Made by a program: the position numbers and the translations under genes. A stretch of 64,000 bases of DNA from Paraphysomonas bandaiensis (lineage: Eukaryota; Protista; Chrysophyceae), in the NCBI GenBank assembly GCA_965644295.1, contig CBFFRP010000151.1, positions 62,001 to 126,000 of the forward strand. Reading direction: 5' to 3'. Positions 39,323 to 53,333 of this stretch are shown piece after piece. Under the pieces are notes generated by a model that ran no database searches, was not told the DNA's origin, and was given only the letters and a program-made list of their open reading frames with translations. Each line of letters starts with the position of its first letter. Position 1 is the stretch's first letter.

Positions 39323-42300
39323 TTATGTGATACTCATAGTATGCCTTAAAATATCTGCCGACAGAGGACGAACAACATGGTCGAGCAGGACATCTACGAC
39401 GCTGTCCAATCTTGCACCACGTTGTAACGCAGGCTCCATAGCGCTTTGTGTGGCCTCCCGTAAACATCGCTCGGCATCGCTCGATAATCCTACTCCAGAA
39501 GCTATTTCCAAAACCTACTCGCGATGACAGAAAACAGTGAATATAGGCTTTAAAAATGAAACTGAGTATGAACCACATTTTATATACTGTAAATACATAT
39601 ACCGTTCATACATCGCACTCCACTGACCTGGTTGCATATATAGGACCACAGCTCCATGGAATCTTCAGCAGAGGGGGAATTGTTATAAGTAGTAATTAGT
39701 GTCCTCAACATACCCCCAATTGAGTCGTGATGTATGGGGTGGATACCTAGTAGTAGAGCCTGCTGCATTGTGAGTACTACTCAAGAAAACTGCTCAAAAC
39801 CAACTTCTATTATATTCCACGCAATATGCACAATATATTGTGTTGCTATATTTACATATTCAGTTACCTTTAAACAGGCCCTTACGGTATCTGTCCAGCA
39901 GTGATCTTTGAACCACTGCATGGCAAACATGCGTCTATTTTGCTGAAGCATCATGGGCCCCTTCACTGCGACGAGGGCATCATTGGGAGCTACAGCAGGA
40001 TCCATACATCCGGAAAACAGCTACTCATTAATATCAGCCAGGTATATCGTACTATACCATGTTTTGACATGTATAGTGTCGATCATATAAACACCCAGAC
40101 TCATAACGTGTTCTACTGCTATGAATACTTTTTTACAAAATGACAGCGAACCTGCATTAAATAAGCCACAAGTGGCCTGACATGTCCCCCTTCAGCGTCA
40201 CCACCTTGCCAGTAACAAGATACGCTTGTCCATCCACACTGTAGGACCTGATGGAATATCAGAATCCACCCACCGACACTTATCCACATGCAGTCATGTA
40301 TACATATAAAAGTACTGAAAATACAACAGTAAAATTTTCTAATGAAACAAACTTACATCCTCGAGTAAGTCCGCACATAGCGTCTTATCATTCAGGGCTA
40401 TCCCTATTCCGCTGAGAATCTGATGTGTGATACTCGTCTATATCACAACAACCACACCACAAGTTAGGAAATACACAAAAAACAGAGAAATATCCGTGTT
40501 ATACCATTTTCAGAGCATATGATCAGTACAAAAATACACGCATACTAACCTGTTCAGAAATCGTATTTCCAACAGAAGAGGACGTGGAGGCCACAGTCTG
40601 AGCTAACTTCAATACCTGAAGTGGAATATTATGAAGGAGGAATAAGCATCAAGTACAAATCACTCTACGTAAATGCCCGTCTTGCACACTATATAAAACA
40701 GTACCTGGTGCACAAAATCTAGCCCGGATCCCTCAAATAACAGGGAAGCCAGCTTATTTTCACCAAGAGTGCGACCAGTGTCCCCACATATTAAGGCATG
40801 GCAAATCATAAGAACTTGAGACCCCTGTGAGAAAAAGTGTTTTTTTCCTATGTGGAAAACAGTGACAACATATATTATGCATGAAGTTGGGCATACCCAG
40901 GTTTTGTAGAAGGGCCTGAGAGAGAGATACCAATGCCGCCACTGCGGACAATGCAGACCTGCAACAGCGTGAGAATGTTCATGCGCTGTTTCTCACGATA
41001 TATATATCGTACCGCACAGAAACGGTCACCGCTGTACGCTTTTCAGTGTGAGTAGCTATGGCTTCCTCAAGTAGGGATGACACAGCTCTATTCATATTTT
41101 CCTGTAGTGTAATTGCATGTTAGGAAAACATAGAATACCGTTACGAACGAGTACTGAGTACGCGAATACAAATGTTTTACAGATGTTTACCACAATATAT
41201 TTGAATTTGAATAACAGCGTCTACAACTACAATCATACTTACCGCTACGCATAACAGCTGCTCTACAACAGCTTGCCTCACGGCAGGGGTGCTATCAGCC
41301 CGATACCTACGCATCCTGATGATATATATGTAGCTACAGGTTTCCTATATCTCTAGACGAAACTACGCGACATGACACTCGATGAAATGCAACCGTACCT
41401 TGCAAGGGCATCCATTGACGATGTGTATCTTGAGAAGTTTCCTAATAAAAATTAGTATGCTAAGTACATACGCATGAGTACGTCATGCTGCCGCTTCCTA
41501 CCTAAGGATCCTGTAGTCCATCTTTCACCTTGTGTGTTTTGACACTGTTGGAGGCACCTTCCCCACCCATCAGTAGCAGTCGATATCACTCCACTCCAAA
41601 GTTCACTGCAGGCGCAAAATAGAAGTGTTCCCACCTGTCCAAGTACTAATCAATACACACATGCATGTTTCGATGTCGCTATATCAAGGGTGATTGATAA
41701 CAAAACCACAATGCGATATACTACGCAATAACTACGATATTAACCTCTAATGGAAGTGCCAGGCCATTATTAGTATTGGCATAGAGTAGAGTCATCCCCG
41801 GCTCTAAGGTGGCAGCAACCCTCTGTCGATGTTCTTTCATGCTCGGGCGCTCCGCTACACTCATTGCCTAAAGAGAACCCATATATGATACATGTCACAG
41901 ATACTAACACAACACAGTCTCCTAACTAAACTATGCCACTAAGCCACATAATTCCGAATAAAACCGCAGTATTATACTATATAGCATTCGCAGATTACAA
42001 AATATATCATGCCACTCAATTACGTTATATTGAGTCAGTATAATGGAATACAAATTCAAAAGTAGCATCTAATTGATGTGTACCCAGTATTGCATATGTA
42101 TGTACAATGGTACGTTATCTACACTGCTCCTACTCTATACATACCTCCAGTAATAAAACTACTGCTGAGCCCATGACAGCGAGAGGGGCTGGAGCTACGA
42201 TGACATCGCATGCAGCAACTGCAACATCCATAGCCATTCCTAGGTAGCCGACAAGTTGCTCTTGCATTGCCGGATCTTTGCTGCTGGCTACTTGGTTCTC

Positions 42301-45209
42301 AAACGCCCGTATAAGAGACTCCAGGAGCTAAAGTTATATGCAGTAGACAAATCACACAGTTATTCCGACATTTATAAGATAATGGTCAGTACGTAAGGTG
42401 TCATTCATTGTGCATAATCACCTTGCAGGTCATCTGGAACATGTGAATATGAGCCTTTCCTCTGCTGTACGATCTCTGCTCAAGAATAGTCTGAACTAGA
42501 GGGAAAAGGGATGGAATAAGCTCGTGGACCGACATACACATCGGCATCAACCTGTTTAAAGTTTATGAGGCGACAATAATATAGCACCAATGTAGTAGAA
42601 TCAGAAAACAATGATATATACTTATACATACACGAGGCTACTATGCATCTAGACATGCTGTTCTTACTTGAGCAAATATACGGTATCCATAGCAGAGGCG
42701 GCAGCATTTCCCCCATTAATTTCAGCCAAAGATGTTTGCAGACTGGATTTTGATTGCCTGGCAAGCTCACTCAGAAATACAGTTGACTCTGAAAACCCCG
42801 TCTGCTCGGACCAATCAAATATCATCAATAAAAATTTCATACATTTTGTATTTCAGTGTTATAATAAACAATACAAAACTTCATGAGATATACATTCTAC
42901 TTACAACACATCTCGTTATGCTTTGCAAAAGAGCATATCCCACGACTCCATTGTCATTGTCCTTTTCCACATGAATTTCATGTCCTCGACTCGAAAGATG
43001 GGACAGTAAATGCTTCACCTATATATATACCAGCATAAAAAAAGCACGGAATATTGGCATAGCCGAGAGGTCCACTCTACGCAGGAACTCTATATGGCTC
43101 ACAACAGTACTGTACCGCGTCATCTGAGAAAGGATCCACAGTGATGTCATCTTCGATTTCCTCCAACATCTGCACAAATACCAACCGGTGCATTAAACGT
43201 CTACTTGATTACATACATTTGTAACCGTATATATTCAATACTACCCCATACATTCGTACATATAGTTCCACTGATATTAAACTATACATAGCTAATACAA
43301 AATATATACAAAATTTTATTCAGTACACGTCAGTTTCTACATACCTCAAGTAACGACTCGTTCGTCCGCATGAGGCCTGCTTGGTATATATGAAATCCAG
43401 CTTCCAGACACTTCTGATTCGTCAATAAAACTTCTTTCGCAACTTCAATATCCATCAATCCTTCCCACACCATCACTACCTTATGCAGACTCTCTGGATG
43501 TGAACAGCTCCGGGTGAGGTCGGAGAACTGTTCCAAAAACACCTACACAATAATATACGTTGTTTTAAACTTGCACTTCATGCTATAGAGTGTATATTGA
43601 TAATTGTGTTTGTAGCAAAAATATAATCATAAAACGAGTGTCATGGTATACTGTCGAGAAAGTTACTATACCTCAACCACAGTACTCCCAGATGTATTGT
43701 TGGATGTAATAATACACCGTTGCATATGTGAGTCTACAAATACTCTCACAAACTCTAATAAAGAAAGGGCGGTATCGTGATTCTCAATAGAGTTCGGGCC
43801 ATCACTACACACATATATCCATATTAGAGTCTATTACACAAATATGTACGCCATATCATGTAGAAGTTTGAGGTGAAGGTGCGATACAACAATAAAACTT
43901 GTCTTACTTCATCTTCATCAGCATGGTCACAGCCTGTGCAACCATTTCAACTAGAATTACTGCTCCTGTATCCTCAGAACATCCATCTACCCTAGGAACG
44001 TACTTCTTGGCCATCACGTCGCAAAGAACCTCTACAGCTAGGACAGCGTTGTCTACAACACAGCACAGCGCTTTGACCACACATATTTAAAAGTGGTCGT
44101 TCAATCACGTCTGTAACACACAGACATATATATATATGACAGCTTACATACACATATATACATATATATACCAACATATCCTGCAAATATTATTGCCGCA
44201 CGGCTTCCACACTCACCTACTGCATCATTGTTTGTGTGTGATCTGTCCACCACCCCGAACAAGGACCTCAGAACATCAAAAGATAGATGACTACCAACAG
44301 GCAATCTGACTACAAGTTCTCTAAGCAATTCGAGGACTATTCTTTCCATACGTATATATGAATCGCCAGTGGATGGGCTGTTTAATACGGAAGACACCAG
44401 GGTAGATAAGGGCTCTGCCACCTAAGTTTCGACATGTCATTACAATCACAACAATTCAATACAGCAATTCAACTGAACTCATGATAATCGACACACCAAG
44501 AATACACAAAATAGCAGCCACATTTTCGGTTAGCATAAACAACTACAAGTGTCTAGCTTAGTATGCGACCGCCTAACAACAACAGGACAGACATTGACAC
44601 ACATACAACACCACATTGAGTAAACTTTTATCTTTCACCTCTGTTGCAGCATGATATAATGCTTTCTTATGATCAGGCAGTATTCTACGATCATCTTTAA
44701 GAACCTCTTCAAAAACAGTTCGCAAGGCAGAAACACCAGCTTCAAAGCCAGGTTGCTGCAGTTCCACCACAATAGACAGAACTGGCAATAATGATACAGA
44801 ACATGCACATATAGCTGCTAATACTTGTTCTAACTTTGATCTTGCAAAAGGTAATATATCTGATCGTTGTGTAAGTGTATTTGTTATTGATATAGTAAAA
44901 TAATTCTGTTGTTCAGCTGTTAATATTGACCATATACGCCATACAGCACTTTGTAATCCTTGTGCTATATATACATACATCATTAGAGATTAAACCCATA
45001 ATTTCTTATTAAAAAACCATAATATTACCTATAAAAAACAAGAGATTTTGATCAGTTGTTGTTAAATAATTAATGAATATATGCCATGAATGTTTATCAT
45101 GCTGAATATCATGTAAACGTAATTCAGCACTTTGTCTTTGTAATACAGGTGATGATGGATTACATATAATTTCAACAAGTGTATGAAATTCTTCAATTGA
45201 TGTTGTCAT
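39323..45209 (-). CDS. Importin-beta-family karyopherin, exportin-6-like; many exons
   Basis: N terminus with RQSAELRL (IBN_N-like), helical HEAT-like exons, LLEFVRVFVDSHMQRC resembling XPO6; 3' end approximate. Confidence 0.6.
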
Positions 45210-45299
45210 AGTTGATATATATATGTATATATATGTGTATGTATGTATGTATGGATGGTTTAATAGAAAGATAAGTTTGAATGAGATAGAAGAGATGCG

Positions 45300-45560
45300 A
45301 TGGATGATAACATATGAGAATATACGTAGAAGGAGACTAACATATGAGAGTATACGTAGATGGAGTCTATCATATGAGAGTACACGTAGATGGAGTCTAA
45401 CATATGAGAATATACGTAAAGTCTATCATATGAGAGTATACGTAAAGTCTATCATATGAGAATATACGTAAAGTCTATCATATGAGAGTATACGTAGGAG
45501 TCTAACATATGAGAGTATACGTAGGAGTCTATCATATGAGAGTATACGTAGAAGGAGTCC
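45300..45560. repeat. ~26-30-bp tandem minisatellite in a divergent intergenic region
   Basis: catatgagagtatacgta..gagtcta units. Confidence 0.92.
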
Positions 45561-45746
45561 ATAGTCATACAGCAGTATACATCATCCATAACATATGAAA
45601 ACATACGTACACCACATATCCAAGTACACACATACATACATACCCCCCCCCTCATCTACCACACTCATCTCTCAAACCACTTAAACACACATACATACTC
45701 ACACACATCTCAATCTAATCAACTTTCAATAATTCCATATACCCCT

Positions 45747-47807
45747 ATGCTCACTGCATTAACCCAATCAATCCTATCAACTTTCTATTACTATCAAGCT
45801 CTCTATGAATATATATACTTACATACTCAATACACACAATTAACTATACTACATCATGATAAATGGGCGAAAGTACATCTATATTCATTATCATTAATAT
45901 TTTTATTATGGTCACAATCACATTATAGATCAAAATCATTTCAAATTGATATGATTAATAATTTAAATAATGTAGCCATACCTGGTACTGGTATACCATT
46001 AAGTTATTTTGCATTGAATTGGTATATTGCATTATTTTTTATTTTATTTATTAATCCATTCATATGTTTATGTGGTGCAATAAATAAAACAAGAAATTTA
46101 AATATCAATTTAATATCTAAAATTGAAAAAACATTACAATTATATATTGACCATTTATTACATCCTGATGATTGGTTTTCATTCTGGCGATTGAATTGTC
46201 GACTTGCTAGTTATCATTCATTGTTAACTAATGCACCAGGTTATAATATTTTATATAACATGTTATATTTTTAAATGTTATGTTGTTATATATATCAGTA
46301 CTTATATATGATATGTATAGTAATTTTGTATTAACGAATACAATATCTAATGTTTTTATTTGTATTCAGGCTATGCTATGGAAGATAAGTGGACATTTCT
46401 ACAGGAAGGCCATAAGAGAAATGTTCCAGTATCTCCATTCATTACTGATATGGAAGTTTTGGTATGTAAAAACAAGAATGTGGAAGGTGGTATGGGAATT
46501 CATTTCTATACCAATGCGGCTTGTGGTGGAGACTGGATATTACAGGAAAAGCTGTCTAATGCGGACTGGATGCGAGAAATTCTTCCGCCTAATGCTCCAC
46601 TCTCCACTATGAGAGTCATCACGTGCTCAACTTGGTATATACACAATGACGAAGTGGGAGGTGACGAGAACAGCGATGATGTAGTGAAGAAATATATCAC
46701 GCCTTTATCCTCTGTATTGAGATTAGGTACTGGAACGTGCGTTGAATATCTATATTACAATCTGTATTTCTGATCTGCTCGTATATACTCCTATTAAATG
46801 CTATTTGTAACACTGCTTTGGGGTAGGGCGTCAGAATGCAGCTACAGACCATTCTTCTGTGCTTTTTGATGTTGACACGTCAAGTGGGACTATTCGTCGT
46901 GGAGTCACCAATGCGCAGTGGTACAGGCTAGGTTTAAGTGAAGTCGTATCCTGCCCGTGGCTGCCACCAGACGTGAGGGCTAGCTGTGATGCCTGGTGTG
47001 TAGACAATGTTGGGTGTATTGTATAATATATAGTAGAATGTGCGATTCCAGTGGCGTACACAGTAGAGCATTGCAGTACACATATCACACTTTGTAACCG
47101 CTGATCTTGCAGTGATTCCATGAGAAACGACCAACATCAAGACGACAGTAGACACCCTGACGTTCCCAACACTACAATCACAGGGCGCATCATTCCCAAC
47201 ATGCAGCAGGCTCTAGATATATGCTCAAGGTATGTGTATGTAATTGTGTATTCATGTCATTTCGCTTCTTGTACTGGAGGTCTATTTCCTCCATTTTGGG
47301 GTATAATACGAGATACCAATTCGACAATTGCACAGAACTTTTGTATATCTATTTCTGCATTGCACGGGTGATCCTTTTTATTGAATGCTGGCACTTTTTC
47401 TGTCCAGGTACGGTGTAATATCTAATTTTTTCTTGGTAGGGCCCACTATGATATGATGAAAGATGTCCCCATGGTAGGATGGGATGTCACCTTTACCCCG
47501 AAGGGCGTATTTCTGCTCGAGGTAGTATGACGTCAGCATGTGGAAATTTGTTCGCACAGCTCTGTTGTGACTACCTATTCTACATTGCGTTGAAATTATA
47601 TTGATATGTGCTGTACTTTATGCCTAGTGACATATTATACGGCGCTGTGTGTGCCATCACCGTGTATCTAGCTTTCTATTCATATTCGTATGCATTTTTT
47701 AGGTCAACTTGTCGTGCAATTTTTTTAGAGGCTCCTTCGATATACCGAAGTACATCGATATTGTCGACCAGTACTGGGCAAAATTAGAGAAGGTTAAACA
47801 GGATTAA
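45747..47807 (+). CDS. ATP-grasp-fold protein (sugar-transfer-associated ATP-grasp-like) with hydrophobic N terminus; multi-exon
   Basis: LSTMRVIT, VLRLGRQNAATDH, HPD...ITG, VGWDVTFTPKGVFLLEVN; stop at 47805-47807. Confidence 0.78.
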
Positions 47808-47968
47808 TATTCATGCAGCAGTCGTATTGCAGTAGTCTAAGTCGAGTATTCTAAAAGGCTTCTAGAGTTTTAATAATATATAATATATACTCCTTTACCG
47901 TAGTTCTGTTTAATATTGTATTTATAGTCTTACCACACAGCGCGCAGTATGAGAAAACATGCCGACAA

Positions 47969-48238
47969 TGTTGAGTTTTGCTGTTTGAGCAATTAAAAGC
48001 TGTAATTCTAAGGTGTTGGAATTAAGACCGTTAGTTGAAGAATACAGTAGTGATGAGCTGTATTATGAGAAGTGATATCATGACGATGTAAGATCGTACT
48101 AGAAATGAGTGGTAGTAGAGATAACGTGATATATTGCTTATTATATTTATTATAATCTTCTCTTATCTTAACTTGATTAACGACTGAATACACGTCCAGT
48201 TAACTTAGTAAATCATCCAATTGTGTCATATCTTGACA
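47969..48238 (+). mobile_element. Solo LTR of the 29730-31940 family
   Basis: TGTTGAG...TTGACA, reverse complement of 29730-29998; perfect 5-bp TSD GACAA. Confidence 0.95.
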
Positions 48239-48731
48239 GACAATATTGTCTATATTAGTGACATAAACGATCAACATGTCTCACTATACATGCTGGCTAT
48301 ATATGAAACAGACCCAAATTTTATTTAAGGATTCAATTTCTACTCAATATTTATTCTAGCCGCTATATGCGTATTGTACAGTACTGTGTTACTCGCTGTT
48401 AGTAATATCGTTTACATTTTACATGGCTACTTCTATATACAGTGCAACTCTCAACCAATATAGTATACTAATTTTTTATACAAGTATGATACTGTGCAGA
48501 TCAAATCAAGTGTACGCCTACTAAGGTCGAACACTGTACTTCATTGTATAAAGTGGTGAGGAATGAAGAAGTACTCATACATATTGCTGACATATACATA
48601 CATACTGCTGGTAAGCGGTGTTCTCAGCAAGTACAAGACCAATCCAAAAAGCGTGTGGATCTATAACAATCCATATGTATTCACCTAAGAAATGGATTTT
48701 TACATTACCGTGGTCATACGCTCAAAATGCC

Positions 48732-51700
48732 TCAGTCATGTTCTCGTGTTTCCTCACATAAATTCGCATGCTCTACCTTTCCACTACTACTATTTCTTTT
48801 GCCAGCGGCTCGATTAGAGCTCCTTGGCGAATCGGCCACATATCCCTCCTCAGAGGCAAGTCTAACGAGTTTCGTGGATATCAAACCCGACCAAGGGTTA
48901 CAATCTATGGACTGCTGAAAAGCTTTCATTGCATCAATATTACGAGTGCGACCTGGTTGACAACGGACAAAAGAGTTACACAACTGCAACTTCACAGAGA
49001 ATACATAACCATCGTCAGCACGAACAATGCACACTTTCATACATATATAGCGTTTTATGCATTGGAATAAATTTACGATTAAAAACACATAGAACAGAAT
49101 ATATACAATCATGTAGCCACTAGACCGAACCTTTCATTGCCATCAACGCCATGCCAGATATAGCATGAGCTCCATAATGTTTGGGCTGATATTTCAAAGC
49201 CTTTCTTGCATATCTCACAGCGCTGGCGTGTTCCTGCCGGAGTGCGCATATTGATGCTAGTTTAATATAAGCTTCTGTTAATGTGTCATCATCATCTGCT
49301 GCTTTACGAAAGAGCTCAAATGCTTGGTCAGAATTTCCCCTGGATAACAGTGCTACAGCTTCACGCATCCTTCTGGACGCATCTACATTTTCACTGCACA
49401 TCCACGCTACCCAAAGCAAGTTCTCAATAACATTGGCCTCGCTCCGATTGCTTGCAGTTTTTAACAGCAGCAAGAGGTGCTCCAATTTTAGTTGTGGTAC
49501 ATCTCTCGTATTCCCTTTCCTACATCTGGAGCTAATACTACTAGACCTAATCTTACTACTCTCTTGATGGCATCGAATGAAGGCAGACTGAAAAACCGAA
49601 AACATTCGCACTGTGACATCTTCACATTCTTTATATTCCTGCCGTATCGCTCGTGAATGATCATCGGATCCAAGATGAGAGTCACTGGTTGGAAAGCAAA
49701 ACTGAAGTTTTTCGCGGCACACATAGGTTCCCGAATCAACATCAAGCCTCTTGAAGTATGTCCACAACATCTTATTGTTAATGGAACAGCTTTCTTTCGG
49801 GTCTAATGGTGCCAGATTTTCTTGGGCAACATAAAACGATTCACGTTCATTTCCGTCGCCAAGAAACTCTGCTACGTCCCCTACGTCTGGTAAGACCTAC
49901 ATCCAATGCTTGTCAGGTTTACACTGTATGTATAGGTAATTTTCACCCTATAAAATGGCTGTTCCTTCCCGAGTTCTAAGTCTCGCACTCCCTCCCACCG
50001 ACTAGTATCTATCGAAGGTCTTACATCCCAGCCTACAAAAGCTGTTACGCATAGACAACTACATTCGTGCAAAATAGAATAATATAGTTGCAATGATACT
50101 AAGCAGTGACACATAATGTGTATTTTGCTCGCAGAGCACATTGTCGCGCATATTTTAGAATAGCATATCTTGGTTCTACACAATGTTTCTACTATTACTA
50201 CTATTCACACAGCCGTTTAGGACTAAATAGCATTCTTGCAGGATACGATTTGGGACAACAGGAGTCAGTCACACACATACACGACACTACAAATAATTCA
50301 CACCTGTGCACACTCCGCGGTACCCGAACTTCTTGTGGCGCAGCACCTGTCCAACTCTAAACTTAACAGCCGGAGAGGCATAATCTTGTGGGAATTCCGT
50401 CTCTTCATTTCGTCCAGAAGTATAGGAATCCAATTTTGTTTCAAAGTACGACACCCCGCCAACATTCTGAAATCTGAGTACTAGGAGTTGTTCGAGGGCA
50501 TAATAAAGAGTTGACAACTCATTTAACATAGCATGCGCAGTCTGAGCTTGTACCTCTGCATCAGATGGTGGATAGTATGGGTTAGCCATAGGGTCTTGAT
50601 CTTGGACTAGAATATCGTGTAAGGATAAAACTACTGCAGCTGCACTTTTGTTTCCAAGTATCCCTTCATTCTTTTCAGATTTTAAAGAAGATTGTGGCTT
50701 CCCATTTGATTGATATGCATTACTATAGACATCTGATTTAACGGGACAAGCAGGCTCCACAGTACTCGTATTTGATGATTTCTCATTAGCAATTTGCAAT
50801 AATTGTTCCAAATTATGGACTGCATTCCTTACATCATCAAGTACAGCATATCCAACATGAGGAGTATTTCGATTACCCATAATACGTGCAGTTGATTCTG
50901 GTATGTATGTATATTTAGATGATATTTCAGATTTCTTTGTATTGATAGATTCATGTATTGAATATAAATCATATGTATTCATAATACTCTTCATTTCATG
51001 TAATAACATCATAGAAAATTGATGTATTCCATTAACTGCATGATATAATGGTGTTGAATATGCTTGTATAGTCTCATGTGAATGATTTGTATGTGATAGT
51101 ATGTATGATAGATCCGTAGGATACTGCATATGTATACATCTTATAGGAATATATATACCTAAACGACAATCATATCTACAAAAATAATTTGATAATAAAT
51201 TATGATGAATACGTGTATACATAGTATCAGTAATTACAGTAAAATCTGTTGCATTAAATGATTCTGGAATGTTCTGTAACATCTCATCATAATCATACCA
51301 ATCCAATAATACATTCAAAGTTTGTTGTTTTGTCACTTCATCCACATTCCATCCACAACATACTCCACGATATCCTAATTTTTTATGTTGTATAACTTGA
51401 CCAATACGTATTTTTGCATAAGGTAAAATATCAGAACGTAAACGATATTCACGTGCATTCCATTCATTTAACATTGTTTCATTTTTTGCATATAATGTTT
51501 TTAATAATAGAAAACTATCATTTATTAATAATTGATAATCTGATGATGAATGTTCCATATATGTACGTGTAATATAAAGTATTGCAGCATATAATTTTTG
51601 TGATGTAAATACTTTTGATTGTATTGGTAAACGTTGTAATATAGTTTGACATTCATCCGTTAATGTAAATACAGATGATTTGACATATGGTTTCATTGTC

Positions 51701-51744
51701 CAACGTAATAATGATCGTATTAATGTTTTAGATACTTTATTCAT
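48732..51744 (-). CDS. Protein with two YccV/HspQ-like domains and C-terminal TPRs; multi-exon
   Basis: RIGQVIQHKKLGYRGVCCGW and FRVGQVLRHKKFGYRGVCTG...QPFY...YVAQENL; TPR-like AVRYARKALKYQPKHYGA. Confidence 0.82.
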
Positions 51745-51860
51745 AAGTAAATAATAGTGTTTTTATCTGATCACAATTGAATATAGTTTCTAATGTGGTT
51801 AGTTAATGGAGTTAATCACTTGACTTGATTGTGTATGTATGTTGGAGCTGTGTATTGATT

Positions 51861-51990
51861 GTCAGCATCTTATTTTTCGGGAATAAATTGATGCAAAAAT
51901 TATCTATATTACTGTAATATAACTACAGTTGGAATACATATAATTCTTGTCTCAATATTAGAGACATTTTGAAACAAAAATATACAAAGA
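51861..51990 (-). mobile_element. MITE-like family B copy ~115 bp upstream of the YccV/TPR start
   Basis: gtcagcatcttatttttcgggaataaattga...ttgtctcaatattagag. Confidence 0.8.
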
Positions 51991-52426
51991 ATGACGAGAC
52001 GTGTGTTTGTTGGGTCATCCAGCAGTATGTGAGGACTTGCTAACCTCTCATTTCATAACAAACCTATAAACTCTATTTTTTCTATTTTTATAATATAAAA
52101 ACGGATATTTTGAATGGTCCATATACAAACTATGTAAAATATTCGTATTTTCAATAAAATTACCTCCGAACCAGAATGCTGATCTGTGTACGTACATGTA
52201 CTGTGTATATAATATATAGCCTAGAATATCTAAAAATATATATAAAAATGTGAAAATAGCCTATTTTACCATATAATATCTGGGATATTAGCTTTTTAAA
52301 TGTATGATTGGTATAGAATTGATATTATCCAATTGATAAAGAATAAAAGTGGATGATTGGTTAATTACTCCATATATGTCTCCTCAATATGCAGCCTGCA
52401 CATGTGCGTACAGTCCATATGATCAT

Positions 52427-52586
52427 GATGCACATGCACATCACTGCTATGATCCCACAGCTCTCAATATGCACATGCACACCACTGCTATGATCCCACA
52501 GCTCTCAATATGCACATGCACACCACTGCTATGATCCCACAGCTCTCAATATGCACATGCACACCACTGCTATAATCCCACAGCAC
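52427..52586. repeat. 41-bp tandem repeat x~4
   Basis: atgcacatgcacaccactgctatgatcccacagctctcaat. Confidence 0.95.
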
Positions 52587-53333
52587 TCTGTGCAACATAT
52601 ATCTTAAATAAGACACTCTTCTTTATGAACAATAGAACCAATCAAAGAATGAATGATTTACTGTATATTGCATCTATAGTGATCTAACTGTCTACACACT
52701 CTCTACTTGTTAGTTATGTCAATGCTTTAAGTAATCAGTGATAGAGTAGACAGTACTCTCCCGTCAGCAGTGAATATCTTATTCTTAGTAATTGGCGTTT
52801 ATGAGTCAGCGCTTAGCTCGAATATCCTACTATTTAAAGCTACGAAAGCTGCTTGTGCGTCACCTCAAGCACAAAGGTGCAACAACTTTCGCTCTATCAT
52901 TATCACTCAAAGAATGTTGATATAATACCTGACATCGACTGATTCATGATTTTTGGGATGATTGACTTCAGCACGCAGCCCAACGCTGCGTTATCGAGAT
53001 AGAGAAAGATAGCGGTGAGAGTGGAGAATATAATGTACTTATTGAGCAGATGTGGAATATAATTCATAATTCAGTGGTGTTTAGGAGCTGTATTTCATAG
53101 TATTTGCGTATTTGTTTCTGTACACAACCGTTCTCATGTAATAATCAGACTTTCCTATATATATATGCTAGATATATCAGATTCTTTTGTTAAGTATTAT
53201 ATGTGTCATCATCAGTTATACTATTCATTATTCATTACAACTAAATCCATATCATATACAACAACCAAAAAAGGAGGACAGCACACCCACACACTGGCAA
53301 CACAATACTACTATTTACTACTACTATCAAAAC

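Noticed and set aside
45300-52586. Regular repeats (45300-45560, 52427-52586, 23876-23995) as CRISPR arrays
   Set aside because: Head-to-tail tandem units without unique spacers; eukaryotic context; no cas genes
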